64,000 bases of DNA from Okamejei kenojei. Taxonomy: Eukaryota. The stretch covers positions 9,548,001 through 9,612,000 of the forward strand of contig CM069162.1 of NCBI GenBank assembly GCA_035221665.1, written 5' to 3'. The position numbers and the translations under genes were made by a program. Positions 35,731 through 46,830 of this stretch are shown here, piece after piece; position 1 is the first letter of the stretch, and each line of letters begins with the position of its first letter. A model generated the notes under the pieces. It did not search any database. It was not told the DNA's origin and saw only the letters and a program-made list of their open reading frames with translations.

Positions 35731-35818
35731 GTTCCTTAGATGCAGCTGCACCCGCTGAGTTTCTCCAGCCTTTTGTGTACCCTTGATTCTCCAGCATCTG
35801 CAGTTCCTTCTTTAACAC
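35687..35818 (+). mobile_element. PLE 3'-end insert
   Basis: Ends CCAGCATCTGCAGTTCCTTCTTTAACAC. Direct repeat AAGGTTTA at 35679-35686 and 35819-35826. Confidence 0.85.
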
Positions 35819-36497
35819 AAGGTTTAACGTTACTACGTTTTAGATGGGATTGAAGTTTCCACTTCATGCACTTGTGCCGATTCTTGAATGTATATTTTAA
35901 AGATCTATGGCTTTCTTTTGTACTACACTCCCGCACCCGAAAGAGGCCTAATTTAGAAACGATTAACAAAAATGTTGGGATATTGAGACTTCCTGTGATC
36001 AAAATAAATGTTTTCTCAGTCAAAGTGCAGCATAAATTGAGGCCTCTGTGATAAGGTAATTATAGTTTCAACACAGCAACACTTCTTACAGAAGATCCTA
36101 TACTTTAGCATATCTCAGGGAGGATGTACTGCCGATTTGTGTTTCATGGTGGTTTATTTTATAGTAGCAAAATGCCTGTTAAGATTTTGTTTAGACTGCA
36201 TAATGACTACATAAGTATGAACAGTGACTGGATGAGCAAGATTATAAATGACTAAGATTTACCAGCGGCAGCCTGGGGATGAGTTCTTCATTTGTGTCTT
36301 GCTGAGAGGACTGAAATCCTTTGAAGTTTCCAATCATTGCTGGATGATGTGCTGCGAGGGCATTTTTTATTGAATTTGGCACTGGGCTTTTAGACTAAAT
36401 ATATAACTGGATTCATGCTATTATCTCAGAAGTATCTTTGCCCGCAATTAGAGGTTTTGCTCTTTGCTTTAACTTCATGCTGAAACAAATGTCATGT

Positions 36498-36516
36498 TGA
36501 CACTAGAGGGCAGCGC
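36498..36516 (+). promoter_or_regulatory. CTCF core motif candidate
   Basis: TGACACTAGAGGGCAGCGC, a 14/15 match to CCACTAGAGGGCAGC, in unique DNA. Confidence 0.5.
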
Positions 36517-36791
36517 AACAGTTTTTAACCATAGAGTTTTTCCACTAACTTGCAGGCTTTGTAGAATTAAAGGGAATCATATTTGTTCTAAATATGACAG
36601 TAATCCTGCAGAGAAACAGCTTTGAATTTGTCAGCTGTTTTCAAAAGTCTGTTTATAGCGATGATTTTCCCTCAATATATCAGATTTCTTTCATTTTTTC
36701 ATGAAAAAGGCCATAGGCATTTAAAAAAAATACAATTCCATTTAATAATTATTTGAATTTAGTTGGAAATCCTTTAACATCTCATTCACAA

Positions 36792-36955
36792 TCATCATCA
36801 TCATCGGTGAAAACATCAACGGCACGGTGCCCTACAATGCTATGTACGACAGTGATTGTAACTTCTACCGAAGTGTTAATGGCCTTTGGCCCGCGAGGAG
36901 TTCATCAGCCTTTTGACAGGTCTTGTTTTTGGTCCTGCTGGGGGTCCACAGCCCC
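36792..36955 (-). mobile_element. 164-bp structured short retroposon with (GAT)n tail
   Basis: 11-bp TSD CTCATTCACAA at 36781-36791 and 36956-36966. The minus strand begins GGGGCTGTGGACCCCC and ends CACCGATGATGATGATGA. Confidence 0.85.
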
Positions 36956-38093
36956 CTCATTCACAAGAAAAAACTTATCTGGCTTCTTTGGAGTTGCTGA
37001 TGTCCAAGTCAGATTCTTGATACAGATTTTTTTTTTTAAGGTCATATATTTGAATTGATTTTAGTTGATATAGTATAAGGTTAATCGTATGACTGTTTAT
37101 ACTTATAGGAGTTCTCAAATAAACAATATATTCTACAGAGGTAGTTATGAATGCTGAGCAAACGGTGACAGCATTTGCAAGAGGGGGATGATAGAACAAT
37201 ATTGACGAGTTAAGTGTTTAGCAGGCATTTGAAATTAAGAAAAGAGGTCGCAAAATGGAAGGAAGAGGGCTCCAGAATAGTGTAATAGCTGTAAAAATTA
37301 CATTGATCACTGTATATTGACTTTTGTATTTCATTTTATGTTACAAGATGAATGTTCACTCAGAGTTGCCTGGTAACTGAGGAAGCGCTGTATCTGCCAT
37401 CTATCTAGTTGTCAATAGATTTAATTCCCATGGCTACCTCACTGCTGATTGAGTTTCATCAGTTCTCACTCAAGTCGCCAAATGGGTGTTGTATTCTGTT
37501 TGGGTAGGGCATTGCAGTATGAAAAGGCACCATATATTGATAATTCATGGAGTGCATCTTTTATCTTCAAAGTTGAGGTGGTGGGCCAGAATTGGATGTG
37601 AAGCTGTAGGAGAAGGGAATTGTGCGAAGTATTTGTACAACTTGTTCTTTCAATAGTGCCACTGAGTTATTTACCTCAAATCTATCAGTGACTGAGTTGA
37701 AATTACATTATCGATGCATCTTACTGTCCATATCAGTTTTTTTTTAAATTACACTTACAATTTGAATTGATTGTAGCTTTGTGGGGAGAGGGGGAGGAGT
37801 GGAAAACTATGATAAAAAAATTGAATTAGATTAAAAACAGCAATAGTCAGCTCTACAATAAATTAATTAAACTAAAAGATGTAAACCTCAGTAGGGGGTA
37901 TCTGAATACAAATGTAACATTCATCTTCGTATATTGAACAAATGATTGAGTGCTTCCTGTGTAGTAGATTGTGTAGTAAATAGCAAAACTAGTAATAGCC
38001 TTCCTTACATTTTCAGGTCTAAAATCTTAGCATAAAACTGTTGCCAATGCCGAAGGAAATATCAGTCTAATTCTTTGAAGTGAAAACTTCTGA

Positions 38094-39725
38094 CAGTGCC
38101 CTCCATAATGTTTGGGACAAAGACCCATCATTTATTCATTTTCCTCTGTACTCCACAATTTGAGATTAAAAAAAAAAAAATCACATGTGGTTAAAGTGCA
38201 CATTGTCAGATTTTATTAAAGGGTATTTTTATACATTTTGGTTTCACCATGTAGAAATTACAGCTGTGTTTATACATCGCCCCCCTATTTCAGGGCACCA
38301 TAATGTTTGGGACACATGGCTTCACAGGTGTTTGTCATTGTTCCCGTGTGTTTAAATGCCTCCTTAATGCAGGTATAAGAGAGCTCTCAGCACCTAATCC
38401 TTCCTCCAGTCTTTCTCATCACCTTTGGAAAGTTTTATTGCTGTTTATCAAAATGAGGACTAAAGTTGAGCCAATGAAAGTCAAAGTAGTGATTATGAGA
38501 CCGAGAAACAAGAATAAAACTGTTAGAGACATCAGCCAAACCTCAGGCTTACCAAAATCAACTTTTTGGAACATCATTAAGAAGAAAGAGCACTGGTGAG
38601 CTTACTAATCGCAAAGGGACTGGCAGGCCAAGGAAGACCTCCACAGCTGATGACAGAAGAATTCTCTCTATAATAAAGAAAAATCCCCAAACACCTGTCT
38701 GACAGATCAGAAACACTCTTCAGGAGTCAGGTGTGGATTTGTCAATATCCACAGTCCACAGAAGACTTCATGAACAGAAATACAGAGGCTACACTGCAAG
38801 ATGCAAACCACTGGTTAGTCGCAAAAATAGGATGGCCAGGTTCCAGTTTGCCAAGAAGTACTTAAAAGAGTGACAAAAGTTGTGGAAAAGGTCTTATGAA
38901 TAGATGAGATGAAGATTAACATATATCAGAGTGATGGCAAGAGCAAAGTATGGAGAAGAGAAGGAACTGTCCAAGATCAAAAGCATACCGCCTCATCTGT
39001 GAAACACGGTGGTGGGATGTTATGGCCTGGGCAAGTATGGCTGCTGAAGGAACTGGCTTACTTAGTGTCATTGATGATACAACAGCTGATGGTAGTAGCA
39101 TTATGGATTCTGAAGTGTATTGACACATCCTATCTGCTCAAGTACAAACAAATGCCTCAAAACTCATTGGCCATTGGTTCATTCTACAGAAAGACAATGA
39201 TCCCAAACATAGAAGTTTTTCAAAACTAAAAAATGGTAAATTCTTGAGTGACCAAGTCAATCACCCGATTTGAACCTAATTGAGCATGCCTTTTATATGC
39301 CGAAGAGAAAACTGAAGGGGACTAGCCTACAAAACAAGCATGAACTAAAAATGGCTGCAATTCGGGTCCTGAAGAGCACCACCTGAGAAGACACTCAGCA
39401 AATGGTGATGTTCATGAATTACAGACTTCAAGCAGTCATTGCATGCAAAGGTTATGCAACAAAATACTAAACATGACTACTTTCATTTGCATTACCTTGC
39501 TGTGTCCCAAACATTACAGTGCCCTGAAATGAGGGGTATAAACACTGCGGCAATTTCTACACGGTGTAACAAAAATGTATTAAAAATGGCCTTTATTAAA
39601 ATCTGACAATATGCACTTTAAACACATGTGATTTTTTTTTTTTCTATTACAAATCTCAAATTGTGCAGTACAGAGGCAAATAAATAAATGATGGTTCTAT
39701 GTCCCAAACATTTTGGAGGGCACTG
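38094..39725 (+). mobile_element. Full-length Tc1 (IR/DR type) DNA transposon
   Basis: TIRs of ~220 bp, CAGTGCCCTCCATAATGTTTGGGACA / TGTCCCAAACATTTTGGAGGGCACTG, each with an inner direct repeat. TA on the right flank and GA on the left. Confidence 0.95.
38453..39470 (+). pseudogene. Tc1 DD34E-type transposase, disrupted
   Basis: HTH region, GRPRKT, DEMKINIY, VKHGGG, QKDNDPKH, PSQSPDLNLIEH, ending GYATKY*. Multiple stops and frameshifts. Confidence 0.95.
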
Positions 39726-40729
39726 TATGTGGAAATATTTGCTTCCTAGTTACAAGAGGCTTATACAAAGAGGACTTAAAAAGTGGAAAACTTGTCTTTT
39801 GAATTCATGTCACGTGTGAGCCATAACTATTGCTGGGGAATAGAAATCTTGGAGAACTAAATGTGTGATGACACTAATAGTACTTTAAGACATCTGCACC
39901 TCTGAAAGGGCTGAGTTTTGATCAGAAATGTTGCAATCCAGCTTTAATTAGGAGGCCCATACCATAATTAGTTTAAGGAATCTGAAATAAAAGATATGGA
40001 GTCAAAACCCATAATGATTTATTTTTAAAAGATAAAATATTCGGAATGTGCAGTAACTCCATGATTGAGTTTTAAAATTGAATGTTTGTTTATATTCCAT
40101 TTTAAATTTGCACAATCTTGTGTGCTTTTTATTCCTCAGTTATCATCCGTTAACACATCTTTGAGCATTAATTCCATGTGACCAGTTTTATAACCAGTTT
40201 TTCATCAAATACAGAGTTGCGTGCATCAATATAAAACCAGCCATCTGGCCAGATCAGCCACCCCCCCCCTCATACTCCACTATGGCACGCAATGTGGGAC
40301 AGCTGAACCCATACAATTTCTTTGATTCTTCCCAGCATAAAATGTAGCCAACATTTAAAAGACAACAGTGGCAAAAAGTACTTTAGGAGTTAGTAGAATG
40401 AGCTGAATCTGCTTGTGCCACGTTGTATTCAATAAGTATTGTTCTGTTGTATAAGTTAAAGGTAATAAGATGTTTGACAAATGTTCATGGGTTCCCCTTG
40501 CTAATTATGCTTGATTTAATTAGTGTTCATTTATTTTCTAAATAATTTTGATTTCCAATCTTTGCATATCTCCTGTTATCTCATGAAACATATTTAAATG
40601 TACGATCAAAAAAAAACATGGATCATTTTGGTCGCTTCCATAAAATAATGATGTACAATAATACTGAGAAACTGCCAATAAATGTCTGTTTATTACTTCA
40701 GATAGTATCGAACCTTTTCCGTTTTTTTG

Positions 40730-41036
40730 AATTGATTGATTGATTGAAAGATACAGCATGGAAGCAGGCCCTTTGGCCCACCGAATTCATACTGACCATC
40801 GATCAGCCGTTCTCACTATTTCTCTGTTATCCCACTTTTGCATCCACTCCCCACCCACCAAGGGTAATTTACAGCTGGCAATTAGCATGAACATCTTGAA
40901 GGTGTGCGAGGAAACCAAAGGAAATTTGTGCTGCCATGGAGAACATGCAAACTCCACCTAAAGAGCACCTGAAGTAAGGATTGAACCTAGGTCTTTGACT
41001 CTATGAGACAGCAGCTTTACTAGTGGTGCCACTGTC
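40730..41036 (-). mobile_element. tRNA-derived SINE (HE1/V-SINE-like)
   Basis: On the + strand: (TTGA)n tail, AGATACAGCATGGAAGCAGGCCCTTTGGCCC, GAGAACATGCAAACTCCAC and GGATTGAACC (B box). Confidence 0.8.
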
Positions 41037-41664
41037 CATGAGTATTTTAAAATAGATATAGAGATTGAGAAATCATCTTAAAATTTTACTGTCCATACTT
41101 TATTGGGCGTTTTTCAAATGTCGGCACTTGAATTAATGATTTCCAGTTATTCCTGGGAACACAAATTCTTCTATTGAGCAGCTGACTATGGACAGAGTTT
41201 TTTTGCATGAAAGTTAATTGAAAACTATTTTGTAAGCCTGCAAAGATTTCCAGGTGGCCGGTTGAAACATTCTGTGTTGATGTATTGTCGCAAGTTTACT
41301 TAAGCAAATAAGAATGAAATCTCTTAATAGTCCATGTATGACTATTGATTCTGAAAATATACATAATAGATCTGAACTACGAATTAAACCTTGAAAGAAA
41401 TCACAATGATAGGGTCAGAAGAAGGGTCTCGGTTTCTACACAATTCTACACCTTCCTACACAATGCTATAATGTTAGTTTGTAAATATTGGTCCTATAAT
41501 AAATCAGTAAATAAAATTCTCGATCATATATTAACTAGTTGTTTAGAATATTTTTTTCCTTTCTAATAAGTCCGCTACTATAAGAGCTGTGGGAGAAGTG
41601 TCTGGAAATTGAAGAGGGATGTAAATCCCAGCTCGGAGATTGGAAACCATTTTGGAAATATCCT

Positions 41665-41890
41665 TGTGTAGGAAGGAACTGCAGATGCTGGTTTAAACCG
41701 AAGATAGACACAAAATGCTGGAGTAACTCAGCGGGACAGGCAGCATCTCTAGAGAGAAGGAATGATGATGTTTCAGGTCGTGCCTCTTCTACAGGCTCTG
41801 AAGAGTCTCAGAGTCTAAAGAAACATCACCCACTCCTTCTCTGCAGAGATGCTGCCTGTCCCGCTGAGTTACTCCAGCATTTTGTGTATC
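41665..41890. mobile_element. PLE-derived palindromic insert with TSD
   Basis: Near-perfect inverted arms of ~55 bp. 14-bp direct repeat TTTGGAAATATCCT at 41651-41664 and 41891-41904. Confidence 0.9.
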
Positions 41891-42384
41891 TTTGGAAATA
41901 TCCTCTTTGAATACATTCCCAGTAAAGACATGAAATAACAACATTGAAAGCATTCAAGACCGATATAATAAATTCTGATAAGGTTAACATTGTAAACAGG
42001 AAATTGTTCCTCAATATTTGATACTTTGGTATCAATAGCCGGACATGAGTGGTTAGATATTTTTATGACTGATTCCCATCATGTCCGGAGGAAAATTTAA
42101 AAAGTACCTCACTGTTGAAAATAAGACGGGTGAAAAATTCCAAAGTACAAACTAGCCACGTGCCTGATCAGTGATGGTGCATGCATTGTAGATTATGTTA
42201 AAAGCATTATGAAAAGATCAAAAAGCCCACAAATTGAACTGCAACACAATTCAATTACAAAATATTGTTTTATACTTCACTGAAGTAGAGGCCTGAAGGC
42301 AAATGGGAAGAGATTCTACTGTGAGCTTCTGCAGATAATTTTAATAGTATTGTGAAATTAATAAATTTTTCAATAGTTAAGTCT

Positions 42385-42580
42385 ACCGATATAGCATGGA
42401 AACAGGCCATTTGGCCCGCCGAGCCCACACCAACCATTGATCACCCATTCACATTAGTTCTATGTTATCCCACTTTCTCATCCACTCCCAACCCACTAGG
42501 GGCAATTTACAGAGGCCAATTAACCAACAAACCCGCATGTCTTTGGGTTGTGGGAGGAAACCAGTGCAGAAGCCACAGGG
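42385..42580 (-). mobile_element. SINE 3' part (HE1/V-SINE-like)
   Basis: GATATAGCATGGAAACAGGCC..GGGCAATTTACAGAGGCCAATTAACC..TGTGGGAGGAAACC. Confidence 0.75.
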
Positions 42581-43200
42581 ATAGTGCAGGAAAAGAATGC
42601 AATGGCTGTAATGAGATAGATTGGAAGTTGAGGAATTCATCCCTAGCATATGAGAAGTCAGTTCAAGAGTCTGATGATAGTGGGGAAGAATTTGTTCTTG
42701 AATTAGTGATATGTGCTTCAAACGAGTGCCCAACAGTAAAGGCGAGAAGAAAGAATGTTTGGTTAATGTGAAGTATAGATGAAGTAATTGGTGAGGGCGA
42801 GGGAAGGCTGGTTCATTTGATGGTCTATGATGCATTCACAACTCGCTGAAATTGTTCGCGATCTTGGGCAAAGCAATTGCTAATCCAAACTGTAGACATC
42901 CGGATAGAATGCTTTTTTGTGGTTGATGTGTAAAAAATGGTAAGGGTCATTGCCGACTAACCTTCTAAGGAAGTAGAAATGTTTGTGCTTTCTTGGCTAT
43001 AACATCAATGTGGTTAGGACAGGATAAATTGTTGATGATAGACCTGGGAACTTGAAGATCTCGACCATCTCCATTTCAACATCGCCCTTTTCCTGAAGTT
43101 GATGACCGTCTTCTTCATTTTCCTCATATTGAAGGAGAGGTTGTTGTCTTGGACACAATGCTACCAAGCTCTGTATCTCCTTCCTGTACTCTTGTCATTC
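42580..43200 (-). mobile_element. Rex/L2-type LINE 3' fragment
   Basis: CCTTCTAAGGAAGTAGA, CCTGGGAACTTGAAG and TCCTGAAGTTGATGACC correspond to the YFLRR, FKFPG and VINFRK motifs on the minus strand. Confidence 0.6.
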
Positions 43201-43634
43201 AAGATAATCCTTCAAATCCTTCCTCTGTTTCACAGAGCTTGAAGTAGTGTACCTGTTTCGGAAGTCTGGCGCCAGGTATACAACACGGACTTGTGTATCA
43301 AAATGTACACTGACATTCTAATGTACTTCTCTGGTCCTGCATTGTCAGAGGTGTCAGTTTTGAGATGAGTAGCTGTCTGCTCTCTGAGATGTATGTGAAA
43401 TATCTCTTGGCAAAATTTTGAACAACAGAGGAATAAGTCATGGTGTTCTGGCTGATACCTATATCCTCAATCAATAGCACTAAAACAGATTTTCTGGACA
43501 ATATCCTGTTGCAATTTGTGGGAGCATAACAGTGTGCAATTTTGGTTGCGATAATTTCTTACATTGCCATAGTAGCAGCGCTTTATTGGTTGTAAAATGT
43601 TTTGGGACATGCTGAAATAGCACAGTAAGAGTGA

Positions 43635-44160
43635 AACATAGAACAGTCCAGCACAGGAACAAGCCCTTCAGCCCACAATGTCTGCTGAACATGATACCAA
43701 GACCATCTCCATCTACCTGTACATAATCCATATCCCTCTCTTTCCAAATGCCCATCTCTCTCTTGCAAGGCACTCACCACCCTCTGTATAAAGAAGTTGC
43801 CCTGCAAATCTCCCTTAAACTTTGCCCCTCTCATCCTGAAGAATGCCTTCTCGTATTTTATTTATTCATCCGTGGAAAAAGGGCCTGACAGTCTATGCCT
43901 CTCATAATTTTATATATTTCTATCAAGTCTCCCCGCAGCTTCCGGCATTCCAAAGAAAACAATTCAAGTCTGTCCAACCTCCCCTTGTAGCTATGCCCCC
44001 TAATCCAGGCATCATTGTGGTAAACCTCCTCTGCACCTTATCCAAAGCCCCCACATCGTTCCTGTGATGGGCACGCAATACTCCAAATGCTGCCTAACCA
44101 AACACTATAAACCAGTATCATGTGTTGCTGACTCTTATATTCAATGCACAAACTATGAAA
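43635..44160 (-). mobile_element. CR1 3'-end fragment
   Basis: MRGAKFKGDLQGNFFIQRVVSA, with tail CATAGAACAGTCCAGCACAGGAACAAGCCCTTCAGCCCACA. Confidence 0.8.
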
Positions 44161-45199
44161 ATAAGCATAGCAGACTTGCATACTAGACAAGCTTACCAGA
44201 CTGATTAGTCTTGCAAGAATGACACAATAAGTATACAGGTGGTTTGTTCCCAAGGTGTAACAGAACATACACACATCTGCATATTACCTATAATGAGCAA
44301 GTGAGAATGAAACTGTACTGATAGGGTGCAAAATAGGCTTACTTTCTGGATCCAGGTCACGACTTAAAGCAACTTTGATAGGCAATTGAAATGTTCATTA
44401 TTTTTCTTTTTACACTAATCATTTTAAATGTACAATAAATAGTTCTGCGAGCATGATCTCTGAGGTTTTATACCTCCTGCTGTTCCTTAATAAGATGTAT
44501 TTGTTCTCACAGTTAGAATTGAGATGAGTGAAGGGACTTATTCAAAGAAACAATAAATTATTTGATATTGTTATAGTTTTGGTTGTATTTCACCTATTTG
44601 AGACAGTTATTTATGATAAGCTCCTGAAGATCTGTCTGTAATTAGGTTTGAAAAAGAGAACGACTATTTTCAAAAATCACAGCACATTACATATCAATAC
44701 ACCATCTTTTCAGATTTAAAAACTATTTAATGCTCATAATTCTCTCGCAATATTCTATTTAGTTGAACAAAGTAAAAATTAATTGTTAGAGCCTTTTTTA
44801 ATTTTTAATGTATTTCTAACTTTTTTTCAATAGTTTAGCATGCATCAATATTTTGTCAGTAGTCTTTCAAAACAAATTGTGTGCAGAATTGATTAAATGT
44901 CAGGTTTGAGGCAGAGTTTTTACAATTTGATCTAATGCAAATTTAAAAATGCAGCGTAATGCTTGAGCAAAATGACAAAGATATTTTTAGTCCAAATTCT
45001 TGCCTAACAGTTTTAACCTGGGCTTGTCATAAATCACAAAATAAAACTATTCAAAAATAATTTGCTTTATATTTTCTCCCCCTTCAATCTGCTTGAATTC
45101 CCTCTTAGAACAAAGGTGCTGGAATGCAGGGGTTCATTTTTTATTTTTTATTTTTTTTAAGCAAAACTCACTGATCTATCACAGCAAAAGACAACCAAA

Positions 45200-45706
45200 A
45201 GCTCCTGTCCCACTTGGACGACCTAATCCACGAGTTTAGAAGACCCTAGATGAGTTGAAAAAAATGTCAAGGTTGTGTTGACTCGTTGAAGTAAAAGACC
45301 TCCTACGACCCCCCTCGACCTCAGTCTTCCACACCAAAGACCAGCTACAACTAGCTACGAGTGGAAAATGATCACATGATAAAATGATGTCATGTTTGCT
45401 TTTTTTTTTTTTCTCGGGCCAGTTACCTACCTACGACTATCTACGACTACCATCACGACCTACGAGTAAAAATTTACCTACGAGTAAAAAGTATAAATTG
45501 TTTCCATGCCAACCTTTTATTTACTCGTGGACATTTTTTATCAAGCTGGAAAAAAAGCCGCAACCTACTTGAGGTCACAATTACACGGAGACCACTCACA
45601 AGCATGAGGAAGAGTTACGAAGACCTCCTACGACCTCGTGGCGACCATTCTGCTAGTATAAGTCGAGGGCAAACTGGGCAGAGGTCGTGAAAGTGGGACA
45701 GGGGCT
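45200..45706. mobile_element. PIF/Harbinger-like MITE
   Basis: TIRs AGCTCCTGTCCCACTT / AAGTGGGACAGGGGCT. TTA on the right flank and AAA on the left. Many internal (C)TACGA(C/G) repeats. Confidence 0.75.
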
Positions 45707-46149
45707 TTACAAGCAAATGTTTGCCTTCAATGGGGGTTGTTGCCTTATGATCAGAAGCAAGTATCTATTGAGTCAAATAGCATTATGGATAAACTTTTAC
45801 TGTTATCCTGGCTGAGATCTATGGTTGCTGTGTGGAATTAACTGGAGACCCGAGTCTGATGGAACCCATTTTCTGCATTTGGCTTTGATGTATATTCTGT
45901 ACATTAGTGGCCATACCTTATAAGTACATTTCAGCAATTGCAAGTATTTTTCCTAGTTTTCTGCAAATACTTCCCAAAATTGCTTTTCTTGAATTATCCC
46001 ATGTGAACAACAACTGGATTGAGAATATTTTGTTTGGAGTGATGGGTTGGTCACTTTTTGAGAAATGTCATAAAGTTAGATTTGGATAGGTTGTGGTCAG
46101 GACGTTCAATTTTATACCCCTTGAAACAAATACTGGAGACCCACCCAAC

Positions 46150-46275
46150 CTTTGAAGAAGGGTCCCGACCCAAAACCCAGCAGCTCAAGCGGTTTTCTTT
46201 TTCCACAGATGCTGCCTGATCCACTGAGTTCCTCCAGCGCTTTGTTTTTTGCTCAAAGTTCCAACATCTGTGGTT
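46150..46275 (+). mobile_element. PLE 3'-end fragment
   Basis: TGAAGAAGGGTCCCGACCCAAAA..GATGCTGCCTGATCCACTGAGTTCCTCCAGC. Confidence 0.7.
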
Positions 46276-46721
46276 ACGTGTATTTGATTGACCTAACCCC
46301 CTGTTGGATCAACAAGATGGCCTTCAGAGATTGTTAAAGATAGGTTGTATGTTTATAAACAAATTATATGGTGAAGTGATAGCGATGAAGGAAATTCCAT
46401 GTTTGAGAGGTAACAATATATATAATTATGATTGTTCCCTATCTTGCTTTTTCTTTCATGAGAGCGACTATTTCCATGGAAGGACACACGTTTGAGGCCT
46501 AGCAACAGTGTTATCTTGTCCGAGCAACTGATTCTATCTAAGAGGCTTTTTCAGCAGTATGAAAAGCATCATCACTAAGCCAATGGTAGCGTCAGTTGAG
46601 ATGTACATGCAGGCATCATAGCTATGGTCAGTGAGTAGGGATCATGCATAGGAGCCCTTGTTGTTAATCACTGAATACATCCATCGCATTTTTGATCTGA
46701 ACTGTTGGGTGTTCTATGGAG

Positions 46722-46830
46722 GCACAAGGAACTGCAGATGCTGGAATCTTGAGAAACACAAAGTGCTGGAGGAACTCGGCATATTCGGCAGCATTTGTGG
46801 AGACGGAATTGAATGTTTTGTCATAAATCT
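46722..46830 (-). mobile_element. PLE 3'-end fragment
   Basis: CACAAGGAACTGCAGATGCTGGAATCTTGAG..AAAGTGCTGGAGGAACTC. Confidence 0.7.

Noticed and set aside
36881-36910. Hammerhead or HDV ribozyme call for CUGAUGA..UCCUCGC..CAAA
   Set aside because: GAAA is absent, no NUH site or stem III fits, and P1/P3 of an HDV fold do not form.
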